From Chthonomonas calidirosea T49 (GTDB taxonomy: Bacteria > Armatimonadota > Chthonomonadetes > Chthonomonadales > Chthonomonadaceae): DNA of 32,000 nt. The translations under genes and the position numbers were made by a program. Location of the stretch: contig NC_021487.1 in NCBI RefSeq assembly GCF_000427095.1, positions 1,358,924-1,390,923 on the forward strand, read 5' to 3'. Position 1 is the first letter of the stretch. The number at the start of each line of letters is the position of its first letter. Shown here piece by piece: positions 10,301 to 18,351 of the stretch. Below the pieces are notes generated by a model that had not been told where the DNA came from, ran no database searches, and saw nothing but the letters and a program-made list of their open reading frames with translations.

Positions 10301-10485
10301 GTGTTTGGTGATGCTTTCGCCTCCAGTAGCATAAGGGCGCGATCCGCCTGCACCTGGGTTGCTGTGATGAAAAGCGTGCGGGCCGGCTCGCTCCGATAAC
10401 GTCTTACAGCATAGAGCGTCTTACCGGCGCCAGCCGGCCCGAGAACTAACTCCAGAGAGGGCCTCCTTGAACTTCGCTCAGTCAT
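7279..10485 (-). CDS. addB: AddB-type ATP-dependent helicase/nuclease subunit B (PD-(D/E)XK nuclease with an Fe-S cluster). The active-site motif is atypical.
   Basis: ORF 7279-10503 begins with TTG; I prefer ATG 10485. Walker A is LGPAGAGKT. The C-terminal nuclease domain carries the AddB-style cysteines YALCPF and C-x2-C-x5-C (HCRFCPYSDICR), and GVVDRID. The expected DYK motif reads DYT (7735-7746, GAC TAC ACA ACC). Confidence 0.7.
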   Translation of the reverse strand: MTERSSRRPSLELVLGPAGAGKTLYAVRRYRSEPARTLFITATQVQADRALMLLEAKASPNTVMSLQEFIGRLMEGSGVEMVGRSFQRLLLQDIIERWLYQDDYLAPMRFYDGFLSAMLEQIREWKLSGLSPEDIQAMGPMAVEETGNPREADKFLELARLYGAYERFLKQHRRQDAEGMLLLAKERLQAGPVRWLESFDTLILDGFYSLYPAQSTLLTMLAERFTQMQFLVTLLYDPERPLLFASAEPTIRRLKADFQCRETFLNMAQPPLSVADVLALCLFHETRSKPLADANLEPILLFDAPDVYMEAEMVARAFQNLHDTGKYQWSDFAVVVRNVQAYAPTLVSVFERYGVPIGTFGGEPVAENPLIRSLITFLDIVRHDWPRDAVLTFFKSSYTQPSYEDVERLRLLANEKGIRQGKEEWAALLPDLAPSSAQLLDTMLNRSERLLQAQSVQHLAEEIEILFEDFGLKEAIELGEPLQQRRDQEACRVAMETLYSMADMMYLTDREQMPFGDFVERLISAWHNSTVVVGLGEDQVWISEPYDIHQRRPRVVAVMGLLERLFPRRLTENPFLPDAVRRRLYEQTGLYLAPREARVNEERLLFYLAVTAPSERLILSYPRSSGEADTLPSFYLEEVKQALESRPELLHVISRRLADVAPRSEDAGSWRERLLNLCVPLFDPAVSEERRAEVQTVVKRLCAENLSAVELLHAVAESRFLPPLPRVEEETTRTWIREKTRRCSLAELEVYALCPFRHFLQYRLQLRVNIQTSFAMLQAKLLRDVLYRAFSELSVADGQPLEEALLEKALKAELQNLVADISPHRKRLLWQGLMRLLKAIADKEQFYSRCLPLQPLYFRLAFGVPHANSAMYDPNSSAQPLIIPDPQGGEPLALYGVVDRIDREANGDFVFLMDYTTAPPPSLSDITSGKAIRWPLMMLALERLFGMKVGGLCIDFAAQNARTRLFRTSRVAFQRFKLIPEREKGDQVQPLNDEQYKAMQQAAIESAIHHANAMRQGYVAARPGTHCRFCPYSDICRTTPQGHDGEPLYRLAGASRADDGSTGEMDSA

Positions 10486-10501
10486 TCTATATTGGTCTCT
10501 C

Positions 10502-10526
10502 AAAACGGGCGCAGCGCCCTGCGCCC
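10502..10526 (-). terminator. Rho-independent terminator between nfi and the AddB-like gene
   Basis: The minus strand reads GGGCGCAG-GGCG-CTGCGCCC, an 8-bp GC stem, followed by GTTTTGAG. It lies 95 nt downstream of the nfi stop. Confidence 0.5.
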
Positions 10527-10620
10527 CACCATTGCACCTGTCCGGCTTGTGGGCACGGTGCGAAGTGGGCGTTTACCTATTCTACCTGCTTGCTTTTACA
10601 ACCTACTAAGATGGGGCTGT

Positions 10621-11310
10621 TTAGTCCAAAGGTATCTCACCCCGACGCAGGGCATTGACATAGAGATGCGCTTGCCGGGTAGGCTCGGGCAGGCGCGTGA
10701 GGCCTCTACATTGGAGCACAAGTCGTATGGCGCTCATAAGGTCTACCCGATGCCCCACCGATACATAGATCGGAGCGACATTCTGTTTTAGGCGAAGCGC
10801 TGCACCAACCACCTCACCGCGATCCACAACGGGTTGCCAAGCACCAACATCGTTTGGAACCGCTTCATGATGCCCCACAAGCAGACTCTTGGCCACCCCA
10901 ATACTCGGCATGTTCAATAGAAGCCCAAGATGGCAGGCGATTCCGAAACGGCGCGGATGGGCGAGACCTTGCCCGTCCGCAATGAGAACATCGGGATGGG
11001 TTGAGAGACGGGCCCAAGCCTCGAGCAAAGGAGGCGATTCTCGAAAAGAGAGAAGGCCGGGAATATAGGGAAACGAAGCAACCGTGCGAACCCCTACTCG
11101 CTCTTTCAGAGTGAGTTGAGGGCGTTCAAGTACCACAATGCCAGCAAAAACAGGCGCCTCCGCAGAGGCATGAGCAGAAAAAGAGATGTCACAGCCAGCC
11201 ACCAGCCTAACGTTCTCGACATCCAAAGGCTCCACGCGCACTTTTTCGGCTAACTTTTTCTGAAGTTGAACAGCCTCCTGAGGGGTTAGGTTCCAAGCAT
11301 GCTGGATCAT
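10621..11310 (-). CDS. nfi: Endonuclease V (deoxyinosine 3' endonuclease)
   Basis: ORF 10621-11334. I prefer ATG 11310, which has AGGAAG 9 nt upstream and gives MIQHAWNLTPQEAVQLQKKL. Motifs are AGCDISF, FPYIPGLLSFRESPPLLEA, LIADGQGLAHPRRFGIACHLG, PSIGVAK, and PIYVSVGHRVDL. Confidence 0.9.
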   Translation of the reverse strand: MIQHAWNLTPQEAVQLQKKLAEKVRVEPLDVENVRLVAGCDISFSAHASAEAPVFAGIVVLERPQLTLKERVGVRTVASFPYIPGLLSFRESPPLLEAWARLSTHPDVLIADGQGLAHPRRFGIACHLGLLLNMPSIGVAKSLLVGHHEAVPNDVGAWQPVVDRGEVVGAALRLKQNVAPIYVSVGHRVDLMSAIRLVLQCRGLTRLPEPTRQAHLYVNALRRGEIPLD

Positions 11311-11486
11311 CGGTATATTCTTCCTATGCTCCATTGTTTATCACAACAAGGTAGAATTCCTGCTGGAACGAAGCCCACCACAAAAGACCATCAAAGGCTT
11401 ATTTAGAAAATGTAGGCACGAGTTCAGTCTCGCAGACGCGCCAGAAACTAAAAACCAAAAACTAGAAACAAAACGAAAGGAACAAG

Positions 11487-12665
11487 ATGCACACATACGG
11501 TGTTGGAATCGTAGGATACGGGTTTATCGGAAAAGTACATACACATGCCTACTTGTCGTTGCCCCTGTTTTACGATCCGCTGCCGGCTAAATTGCGTTTA
11601 GTGGGAGTTTGTACGGCAACCGAGGAGAGCCGGAAAAAGGCGCAAGAGCAGGCCGGATTCCTGTTTGCGACAGGCGATTACCAGGCTTTGTTAGAGCGCA
11701 AGGATATTCAGATCATCAACGTCTGTGCTCCCAACGATCTCCACTATCCTATTTTACGGGACGCCCTAAAGGCAGGCAAACATATCTACTGCGACAAGCC
11801 GCTCGCCCTAACAAAAGAGGAGGCGGAAGAGATAGCCGCCTTAGCACGCACCGTTCCCACCGTGCAGCAGATGACCTTCAACTATCGTTTCGTGCCGGCG
11901 ATTCTACGGGCGCGCCAGCTCGCCGAATCGGGATTTTTAGGCGAACTGTTCAGTTTTCGTGCAGCTTATCTCCACGCAGGCTATATTGACCCCCGTCGCC
12001 CTTACACCTGGCGCATGGATAGAGCACGAAGCGGCGGAGGCGCTATCGCCGACCTAGGTGCACACATCTTTGACCTCGTCCGATTCTTAGTAGGGCCGCC
12101 GCTTCCGATAGGGCGTGCTGGAGAGTTTCAACGGGTTAGTGCCCGCCTTCAAACGGTGATCACAGAGAGACTGGATGTAAAGAGCGGTCAGATGCGCAAA
12201 GTAGATGTGGACGATATCGCGCTGGTGCAGGCTCAGTTGGTAGGAGGTGCTTATGGAAGTTTGGAGGCGTCTCGTTTGGCGACTGGAGCTCAGGATGAGA
12301 TTCGCTTAGAACTCCATGGAAGTCAGGGCGCTTTGCGCTTCAATTTGATGGACCCTAACTGGCTCGATGTCTACGATGCCACTCCGCCGGAAGAGGCGCT
12401 GGGAGGCAGGCGCGGTTTTCAGCGCATCGAATGCGTCTCGCGCTACCCTAAACCCTATGCCTTTGGCGTTACCAAGAACAGCGTCGGTTGGATACAGTTT
12501 CATATTCATAGCCTCTTTGACTTCATATCGAATGTCGCCCAGCACGAAGACGGGAAGGCCCCGTCACCACTATCTCCTACCTTCGAGGATGGCTTGGCAG
12601 CCCAGAAACTGATCACAGCCTGCCAAAATTCCGATGAACGCGGTGGCATATGGGTTACGATCTAA
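11487..12665 (+). CDS. Gfo/Idh/MocA-family NAD(P)-dependent oxidoreductase
   Basis: 392 aa. AAAGGAAC precedes the ATG. The N-terminal Rossmann motif is GVGIVGYGFIGKVH, followed by ...INVCAPNDLHYPI...GKHIYCDKP. Confidence 0.85.
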   Translation: MHTYGVGIVGYGFIGKVHTHAYLSLPLFYDPLPAKLRLVGVCTATEESRKKAQEQAGFLFATGDYQALLERKDIQIINVCAPNDLHYPILRDALKAGKHIYCDKPLALTKEEAEEIAALARTVPTVQQMTFNYRFVPAILRARQLAESGFLGELFSFRAAYLHAGYIDPRRPYTWRMDRARSGGGAIADLGAHIFDLVRFLVGPPLPIGRAGEFQRVSARLQTVITERLDVKSGQMRKVDVDDIALVQAQLVGGAYGSLEASRLATGAQDEIRLELHGSQGALRFNLMDPNWLDVYDATPPEEALGGRRGFQRIECVSRYPKPYAFGVTKNSVGWIQFHIHSLFDFISNVAQHEDGKAPSPLSPTFEDGLAAQKLITACQNSDERGGIWVTI

Positions 12666-12667
12666 AA

Positions 12668-12693
12668 GTCTTCCCAAATGGAAGACCTCATTT
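12668..12693 (+). terminator. Weak candidate terminator after the oxidoreductase gene
   Basis: GTCTTCC-CAAAT-GGAAGAC forms a 7-bp stem at 12668-12686. It is followed by CTCATTTG, a short U-tract. Confidence 0.35.
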
Positions 12694-12721
12694 GAAAGGA
12701 ACTTCCTCCAAAACATAGGCG

Positions 12722-12737
12722 TATAGCTATATAGCTA
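12722..12737. promoter_or_regulatory. Candidate operator: tandem TATAGCTA TATAGCTA containing the perfect 14-bp palindrome TAGCTATATAGCTA
   Basis: Read directly at 12724-12737. It lies 24 nt upstream of the ArsR-family gene start, inside an AT-rich promoter-like patch (...GTATCTATATAAGG). Confidence 0.45.
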
Positions 12738-12760
12738 GTATCTATATAAGGAAAGTGGAG

Positions 12761-13075
12761 ATGACACAGGCAGAAACGAAAGAAACCCTCATTGACCTAG
12801 AGACGCTTCAACGTGTGGCGCCGATCATTCGGAATGCTGCCCATCCACTGCGCCTCCGCATTCTCGACTATCTTCAACATGCCGGCGGAGAGCGCAACGT
12901 AAGCCAGATCGTGGAGGCGGCAGAGGCAGAACAGGCCGTTGTGAGCCAACAACTGCGAATCCTTAAAGACCAAGGCATTCTCAGCGCACGTCGAGAGGGC
13001 ACCAATGTCTACTATCGGATCGCCGATCCGAGCGTTTTGCTCTTGCTCGATTGTATCCGTCACCACAAAAAGTAG
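12761..13075 (+). CDS. ArsR/SmtB-family winged-helix transcriptional regulator (YgaV-like)
   Basis: ORF from GTG 12755; ATG 12761 has AAGGAAAG 5 nt upstream. The motif HPLRLRILDYLQHAGGERNVSQIVEAAEAEQAVVSQQLRILKDQGILSARREGTNVYYRI is canonical ArsR-family HTH. There is no CXC alpha3 metal site and only one Cys (LDCIRHH). Confidence 0.85.
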   Translation: MTQAETKETLIDLETLQRVAPIIRNAAHPLRLRILDYLQHAGGERNVSQIVEAAEAEQAVVSQQLRILKDQGILSARREGTNVYYRIADPSVLLLLDCIRHHKK

Positions 13076-13111
13076 CTATTCTACCTGCCCGCTCGCAAGT
13101 GGTATAAGAAG

Positions 13112-13132
13112 TAATTTTTTAGAGAAAAATTA
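13112..13132. promoter_or_regulatory. AT-rich inverted repeat TAATTTTT-TAGAG-AAAAATTA upstream of the MFP gene
   Basis: 8-bp perfect arms with a 5-nt spacer, 47 nt upstream of ATG 13179. It is followed by TATATGAATATAGATATATATCA. It could be a second operator or a promoter element. Confidence 0.3.
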
Positions 13133-13178
13133 TATGAATATAGATATATATCAACTTATTGGTCATAGAGGTTCAAAA

Positions 13179-14726
13179 ATGAGGACACAACGGACGCGAC
13201 CCTGGCTTCGAAGCGCAACGCTCAACAGGAGAAAAGAAATTGGGCTTGTGGTTCTGCTCCCTATCATCGGTTTGGTAGGTATGGCTTTTTGGCACGGACA
13301 TATCTCCTCCGCCGAGGCTACTGCCTCACAAAGCCAACCTACAAGGAGCAATACAGCGATTACAGCCCCTGTGGAGAAGGTAGCCCTAACAACATTGCCA
13401 GACACGATAGAGGTAACAGGCAACATCAGCCCCATTGTTCAGACCGACATTGCGCCCAAGATAACAGCGCGCATCCTCTCGTTACCGGTACATGAAGGAA
13501 GCCATGTGACGACGGGCGAGGTGCTCGCGGTTCTGGATACCCGCGATCTCGATGCGAGTATCGCTCAAGCAGAAGCCGGTGTTCTCGCAGCGCAGGCAGC
13601 CTATCGAGGGGCGCAAATGGCGGAACAGATGGAAGGCAAAGTAGATAATGCCCAAATTGCGGCGGCACAGGCCCAGTTGCGCGAAGCCCAGGCCGCCTTA
13701 GCAGCAGCAAAAGCAAAGCAGCAGTTGGTAGATACAGGCCCACGCAAGCAGGAGCGTGCTCAGGCGGCTCTCGCAGTGGCACAAGCGAAAGCCCAACTCG
13801 TTCTTGCCGAACGTGACCTCCACCGCATGGCAGAGCTTTACAACGAAGGAGCTATCTCAGCTCAGCAGTACGATACTTATCAAAGCCGCTATGAGGTCGC
13901 CAAGGCACAGTATGAGAGCGCTCTGCAGCAACAGAGCCTCGTTAACGAAGGAAGCCGTTCTGAAGAGAAGCAGGCGGCGGCAGAGGCCGTACGTCAGGCG
14001 GAGTCCGCCGTTCGTCGGGCAGAAGCCGGCCTTCGTGAGGCCGAAGCGGCCGCAGCTAAAGCGCAGGTGAGGCACGAACAGACGCAAAACGCTCTTGCCA
14101 CTTTACAGCAGAGCCGAGTGGCGCTTCAGCTCGCCCGTATCACGCGCAGCTATGCAGTCCTACGCGCGCCTTTCGATGGCGTGATCACTCAGAAGCTAGC
14201 GGATGTCGGTGCCATGGCTATGCCCGGTGTCCCCATCCTTCGTGAAGAGGGCACACAGTATCGCTTAGAGCTGAACGTGCCGGAAAGTGCCCTGCCCGCC
14301 GTTAATGTAGGAAAGCCCTTGGAGGTGCAGATAGATGCCTTAGGGAATAGGCACCTCTTCGGCATCGTAACCGAGATCGCGCCCCAGGGTGACCCTAGCA
14401 GCCACACTTTTATCGTGAAAGTGTTGCTGCCTGCAGAGAGGGATGTTCGAACGGGCATGTTCGGTCGTGTGAAACTCCCCATCGGAGCCGAACGACGTCT
14501 GCTTGTACCTGCCAGCGCCGTTATGGAGCGTGAAGGACTGCACTACGTCTATGTCGTCGACTCGCAGAACGTGATCCATCTCCGACTGGTGACGCTAGGA
14601 TCTGCTTACGGAAAGAGCCTTGAGGTGCTTTCGGGACTTAATCCAGGAGAGCGCATTGTCGCTGATATCTCATCTCCAAAACTGCAGGATGGCATGCAAA
14701 TAAGACCTACAGAGGAGGGCAGGTAA
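13179..14726 (+). CDS. Efflux RND transporter periplasmic adaptor (HlyD/MFP family) with an extended coiled-coil
   Basis: The ORF is open from 13005 but that stretch overlaps the ArsR gene. ATG 13179 has AGAGG 8 nt upstream and gives [12 protein letters not shown]...[18 protein letters not shown] (TM anchor). Lipoyl and beta-barrel motifs are present ([26 protein letters not shown]; [13 protein letters not shown]; GMFGRVKLP). Confidence 0.85.
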   Translation: MRTQRTRPWLRSATLNRRKEIGLVVLLPIIGLVGMAFWHGHISSAEATASQSQPTRSNTAITAPVEKVALTTLPDTIEVTGNISPIVQTDIAPKITARILSLPVHEGSHVTTGEVLAVLDTRDLDASIAQAEAGVLAAQAAYRGAQMAEQMEGKVDNAQIAAAQAQLREAQAALAAAKAKQQLVDTGPRKQERAQAALAVAQAKAQLVLAERDLHRMAELYNEGAISAQQYDTYQSRYEVAKAQYESALQQQSLVNEGSRSEEKQAAAEAVRQAESAVRRAEAGLREAEAAAAKAQVRHEQTQNALATLQQSRVALQLARITRSYAVLRAPFDGVITQKLADVGAMAMPGVPILREEGTQYRLELNVPESALPAVNVGKPLEVQIDALGNRHLFGIVTEIAPQGDPSSHTFIVKVLLPAERDVRTGMFGRVKLPIGAERRLLVPASAVMEREGLHYVYVVDSQNVIHLRLVTLGSAYGKSLEVLSGLNPGERIVADISSPKLQDGMQIRPTEEGR

Positions 14727-14730
14727 ACAA

Positions 14731-17700
14731 ATGGCCGATCATCATACCGAACATACCTACGAGCCCACAGGAGAGCCAAAAGGGGGACATACGCCGCATC
14801 ATTTGGGCAGATCGGCTCATTCGCATCTAGGGCTAGCTGGCAGGTTAGCTGCGGCTTTTGTCTCTTCCAAGCTGACGCCACTCATTATTCTAGCATCGTT
14901 GCTCTTAGGCCTCATCGCCGTAATTCGCACACCAAGAGAGGAGGAGCCTCAAATTCATGTTCCGATGATTGATGTGTTGGTTCAGATGCCAGGAGCAACG
15001 GCGAAAGAGGTCGAACAACGCGTCACAAACCCGTTGGAACGGGTGATTCACGATGTCCCCGGCGTAGAATACATCTATTCTACCTCAAGCCCAGGGCAGT
15101 CTTTGATCATCGTGCGTTTCTACGTGGGAGAGGATCCAGAACAGAGCCTTGTGCGTTTGGAGGAAAAGCTGCAAGCACATGAAGATAGTCTACCGCCCGG
15201 CGCGTCAAAGCCCATCTTAAAGATGCGCTCCATTGACGATGTACCCATTTTAGCGCTGACGCTACACGGTGCAAACTACAATTACTACACGCTTCGCCAG
15301 CTTGCCGAACGACTTCGGGATGCCATAAAGCAGGTGCCTGACGTCTCCAACGTAGACATCATCGGCGGAGAGCCACGCCAGGTAAGGGTTATTTTGAAGC
15401 CCGCGCGGCTAGCGGCCTACGGCCTGACTCCTCTTGATGTGGCTAGTGCGCTTGAAGGAGCCAACGCACAACAGCAATCCGGATCTTTTGACAAGAATAA
15501 CGCCCAAATATTGTTGCGAACAGGCAACTTCCTTCGCAACGCCGAAGATGTGCAGGACGTGGTAGTGCGTAGTGTTGGAGGGCGTCCCATCTTCGTGCGA
15601 GATGTAGCCCAAGTGGTCGAAGGGCCTGCGGAGCCGCAGAACTATGTCTTTTTCGGCTACGGGCCGGCCACAGGCAAGAAAACCACCCCTCTTCAAGAGG
15701 CCGTTACACTGGCCATATCAAAGCTGCCCGGTACCAACGCGGTAGATGTGGTAAGGCGGGTTATGAACAAAGTGAACACCCTAAAAGGGGTTATCGTGCC
15801 CTCTGACGTGCACATCACGGTTACACGCGACTATGGTGCTACAGCCAATGAGAAGGCGATGGAGCTTCTTTTTCACATGATGATCGCCGTGGTCTCAGTG
15901 ATGCTGTTGATAGCGTTGGCTTTGGGATGGCGCGAGTCGCTGATCGTTGGGATTGCCATTCCGGTAACGCTTGCTCTCACTCTGTTCATCTTCTACCTCT
16001 ATGGCTATACGTTGAACCGCATTACCCTATTTGCCCTGATCTTTTCGATCGGTATTCTTGTGGACGATGCCATTGTAGTGGTAGAAAACATGGTTCGGCA
16101 CTTTCGTATGGAGCAGGGCAAACCCTTCTCCTTAAGAGACGTGGCGATTCGTGCCGTAGATGAGGTTGGCAACCCAACCATTCTCGCTACGTTTGCCGTT
16201 ATTGCCGCCATTTTGCCGATGGCTTTCGTCCGCGGTCTCATGGGACCCTACATGCGCCCCATCCCGGTAGGGGCTTCGGCTGCCATGTTATTCTCACTTG
16301 CCGTGGCCTTTATCGTTACGCCATGGGCCACTAATGTTGTCCTCGGCAGACACCATCAGCATACTCAACCCACCACTCCGCCGAGCGACCACTCGGAAAA
16401 GGCACCGGATGATTGGACAACTCGGCTTTATCGGCGAGTGATGAAGCCGCTGATCCATTCACCGAAAGCACGTCGCCTCTTCTTTGGTGGCGTGATCATT
16501 CTATTACTCGGTGCGATGTCGCTTATCGCTCTGAAGCTGGTGGTGGTAAAGATGTTGCCTTTCGACAACAAGAACGAGTTCCAGTTGATTGTAGATATGC
16601 CGAATGGCACCACTCTGGAGCAGACAACGGCGGCTACAAAAGCACTAGCCGACTACATCGCTACCGTGCCGGAGGTGGCAAACTACGAACTGTACGTGGG
16701 CACCGCCAGTCCCTACAACTTCAACGGCCTTGTTCGACACTACTATCTGAGAAAAGCAGCCTACCAAGCCGATATCCAAGTGAATCTCGTAGATAAACAG
16801 CATCGAACGCTACAAAGCCATGATATAGTGAAACGCATTCGTCCCGCACTAGCCCGCATTGCAAAAGCATGGGGAGTGCGACTGAAGGTCGCCGAAGTTC
16901 CCCCTGGCCCACCCGTACTTGAAACCCTGGTGGCTGAGGTCTACGGCCCAACCGATGCCGCCCGGACGGCCGTGGCCCGAGAGGTGAAACGGGTGTTTGA
17001 ACAGACCCCGGATGTTACCGATGTGGACTGGTACCACGACGATGCACAACCAACCTATCAGATGGTGGTAGACCGACAGAAGGCGGCATTAGCCCATGTG
17101 GACGTGCAGACGGCCGTCAACGAATTGACAATGGCTCTGCATGGAGAGCCCGTTGGATTGGCACACGATCCGGAAGCCAGAGAGGATGTGCCCATCTGGC
17201 TGCAGCTGCCTCGTGCAGATCGGAGCGGCCTGAACCGCCTGCAAAATCTCTACGTTCCCACCCAGGACGGGCGCAGTGTGCCGCTGAGCGAGCTAGTGCG
17301 CACGGTGGAGGTACCTGCGGACGAGTCGATCTACCATAAAAACCTGCTACCTGTGGTCTATGTAACAGGCGATGTCACTGGACGACTGGAAAGCCCAGTT
17401 TATGCCATTTTGGCGATGAATAAAAAGTTGTCTCAACTGCGGATGCCTGACGGCACGCACCTCCACATACTCAGCATTCGACAGCCGAACAACACCAATC
17501 GTCTCTCTATGAAGTGGGACGGTGAATGGCAGATCACCTATGAGGTCTTTCGTGATCTTGGGCTTGCGTTTGCCGTTGTTTTAGTTCTCATCTACATTCT
17601 GATCGTGGGGTGGTTCCGATCTTTCATCACGCCTTTTGTCATCATGGCGCCGATACCCCTTACGCTTGTAGGCATCCTGCCGGCCCACGCGTTGCTTGGG

Positions 17701-18120
17701 GCGTTTTTCACGGCCACTTCCATGATCGGTTTCATCGCGGGTGCCGGTATCATCGTGCGCAACTCCATTATCCTAGTGGACTTCATTGAGTTACGTCTAC
17801 GCCAAGGCTTTCCCCTAGAAGAGGCCGTTATTGATGCTGGCGCCACCCGTTTTCGCCCGATGCTTCTAACAGCAGCAGCGGTTATCGTCGGCTCATTTGT
17901 CATCCTCTTCGATCCGATCTTTCAAGGGCTGGCCATCTCTCTCATGGCCGGCGAGATCGCTTCAACACTTCTCTCACGCTTGGCGGTTCCCGTGCTCTAT
18001 TACTTGGTACGTCGCCGAAATCGGGATTTAGACCGATTTGCTCCCTTCGGTCGGCCCGATCTCGAATCCGAAGGTGAGGCCGTAGAAGCCGCTTCACCTG
18101 CAGGAATTCATTCACTCTAA
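14731..18120 (+). CDS. Efflux RND transporter permease (AcrB/HAE-type TM4 signature) with a His-rich N-terminal extension
   Basis: 1129 aa. GAGGAGGGCAGG lies just upstream and the gap to the MFP stop is 4 nt. The architecture looks like the 12-TM RND type. TM4 reads [15 protein letters not shown] (16051-16089). The N-terminus is [32 protein letters not shown]. Confidence 0.9.
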   Translation: MADHHTEHTYEPTGEPKGGHTPHHLGRSAHSHLGLAGRLAAAFVSSKLTPLIILASLLLGLIAVIRTPREEEPQIHVPMIDVLVQMPGATAKEVEQRVTNPLERVIHDVPGVEYIYSTSSPGQSLIIVRFYVGEDPEQSLVRLEEKLQAHEDSLPPGASKPILKMRSIDDVPILALTLHGANYNYYTLRQLAERLRDAIKQVPDVSNVDIIGGEPRQVRVILKPARLAAYGLTPLDVASALEGANAQQQSGSFDKNNAQILLRTGNFLRNAEDVQDVVVRSVGGRPIFVRDVAQVVEGPAEPQNYVFFGYGPATGKKTTPLQEAVTLAISKLPGTNAVDVVRRVMNKVNTLKGVIVPSDVHITVTRDYGATANEKAMELLFHMMIAVVSVMLLIALALGWRESLIVGIAIPVTLALTLFIFYLYGYTLNRITLFALIFSIGILVDDAIVVVENMVRHFRMEQGKPFSLRDVAIRAVDEVGNPTILATFAVIAAILPMAFVRGLMGPYMRPIPVGASAAMLFSLAVAFIVTPWATNVVLGRHHQHTQPTTPPSDHSEKAPDDWTTRLYRRVMKPLIHSPKARRLFFGGVIILLLGAMSLIALKLVVVKMLPFDNKNEFQLIVDMPNGTTLEQTTAATKALADYIATVPEVANYELYVGTASPYNFNGLVRHYYLRKAAYQADIQVNLVDKQHRTLQSHDIVKRIRPALARIAKAWGVRLKVAEVPPGPPVLETLVAEVYGPTDAARTAVAREVKRVFEQTPDVTDVDWYHDDAQPTYQMVVDRQKAALAHVDVQTAVNELTMALHGEPVGLAHDPEAREDVPIWLQLPRADRSGLNRLQNLYVPTQDGRSVPLSELVRTVEVPADESIYHKNLLPVVYVTGDVTGRLESPVYAILAMNKKLSQLRMPDGTHLHILSIRQPNNTNRLSMKWDGEWQITYEVFRDLGLAFAVVLVLIYILIVGWFRSFITPFVIMAPIPLTLVGILPAHALLGAFFTATSMIGFIAGAGIIVRNSIILVDFIELRLRQGFPLEEAVIDAGATRFRPMLLTAAAVIVGSFVILFDPIFQGLAISLMAGEIASTLLSRLAVPVLYYLVRRRNRDLDRFAPFGRPDLESEGEAVEAASPAGIHSL

Positions 18121-18135
18121 TACAGAAGGAGAAAC

Positions 18136-18351
18136 GTGACGATGACTGTTGAACGATGGCTTCGCCTTATCGCAGGCACATTTGTAACACTAAGCGTCGC
18201 CTTGGGCTATTGGGTAAGCCCCTGGTTTTACGCCTTCACGGCGTTTGTAGGGCTTAATCTGCTCCAATCAGCCTTTACAAACTGGTGCCCCATGGTTTGG
18301 CTCTTACGGCGCCTTGGCGTACCACCTTGTGTGCCCTCCCAAAGCGACTAG
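18136..18351 (+). CDS. DUF2892 / YgaP-like two-TM small membrane protein
   Basis: 71 aa (or 69 aa from ATG 18142, which is 10 nt after GAAGGAG). The sequence ERWLRLIAGTFVTLSVALGYWVSPWFYAFTAFVGLNLLQSAFTNWCPMVWLLRRLGV is the typical DUF2892 pattern. Confidence 0.8.
   Translation: MTMTVERWLRLIAGTFVTLSVALGYWVSPWFYAFTAFVGLNLLQSAFTNWCPMVWLLRRLGVPPCVPSQSD

Noticed and set aside
10621-11310. nfi plus AddB-like gene as a single DNA-repair or defence operon
   Set aside because: A good intrinsic terminator (10502-10526) separates them. Both are ordinary housekeeping repair families, and no defence-island hallmarks (methylases, ATPase/nuclease novelties, mobile elements) surround them.
11441-11486. A-rich quasi-repetitive leader (CCAGAAACTAAAAACCAAAAACTAGAAACAAAACGAAAGGAACAAG) upstream of the oxidoreductase gene
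   Set aside because: It is probably just an unstructured A-rich 5' UTR plus SD in a divergent promoter region. The copies are too short and degenerate to call a repeat element.
13005-13178. N-terminal 58-aa extension of the MFP ORF
   Set aside because: It would overlap the ArsR gene's 3' end by 71 nt and would cross the AT-rich promoter-like spacer. It encodes Cys/Ser-rich sequence ahead of the real TM anchor. ATG 13179 has a properly spaced SD.
14731-18120. Calling the RND pump a CzcA/CusA-type heavy-metal exporter because of the ArsR regulator and His-rich tail
   Set aside because: The TM4 motif is [13 protein letters not shown] (AcrB/HAE-like), not the HME signature. I saw no CusA-like methionine triad, and no metal chaperone or OMF gene is present.
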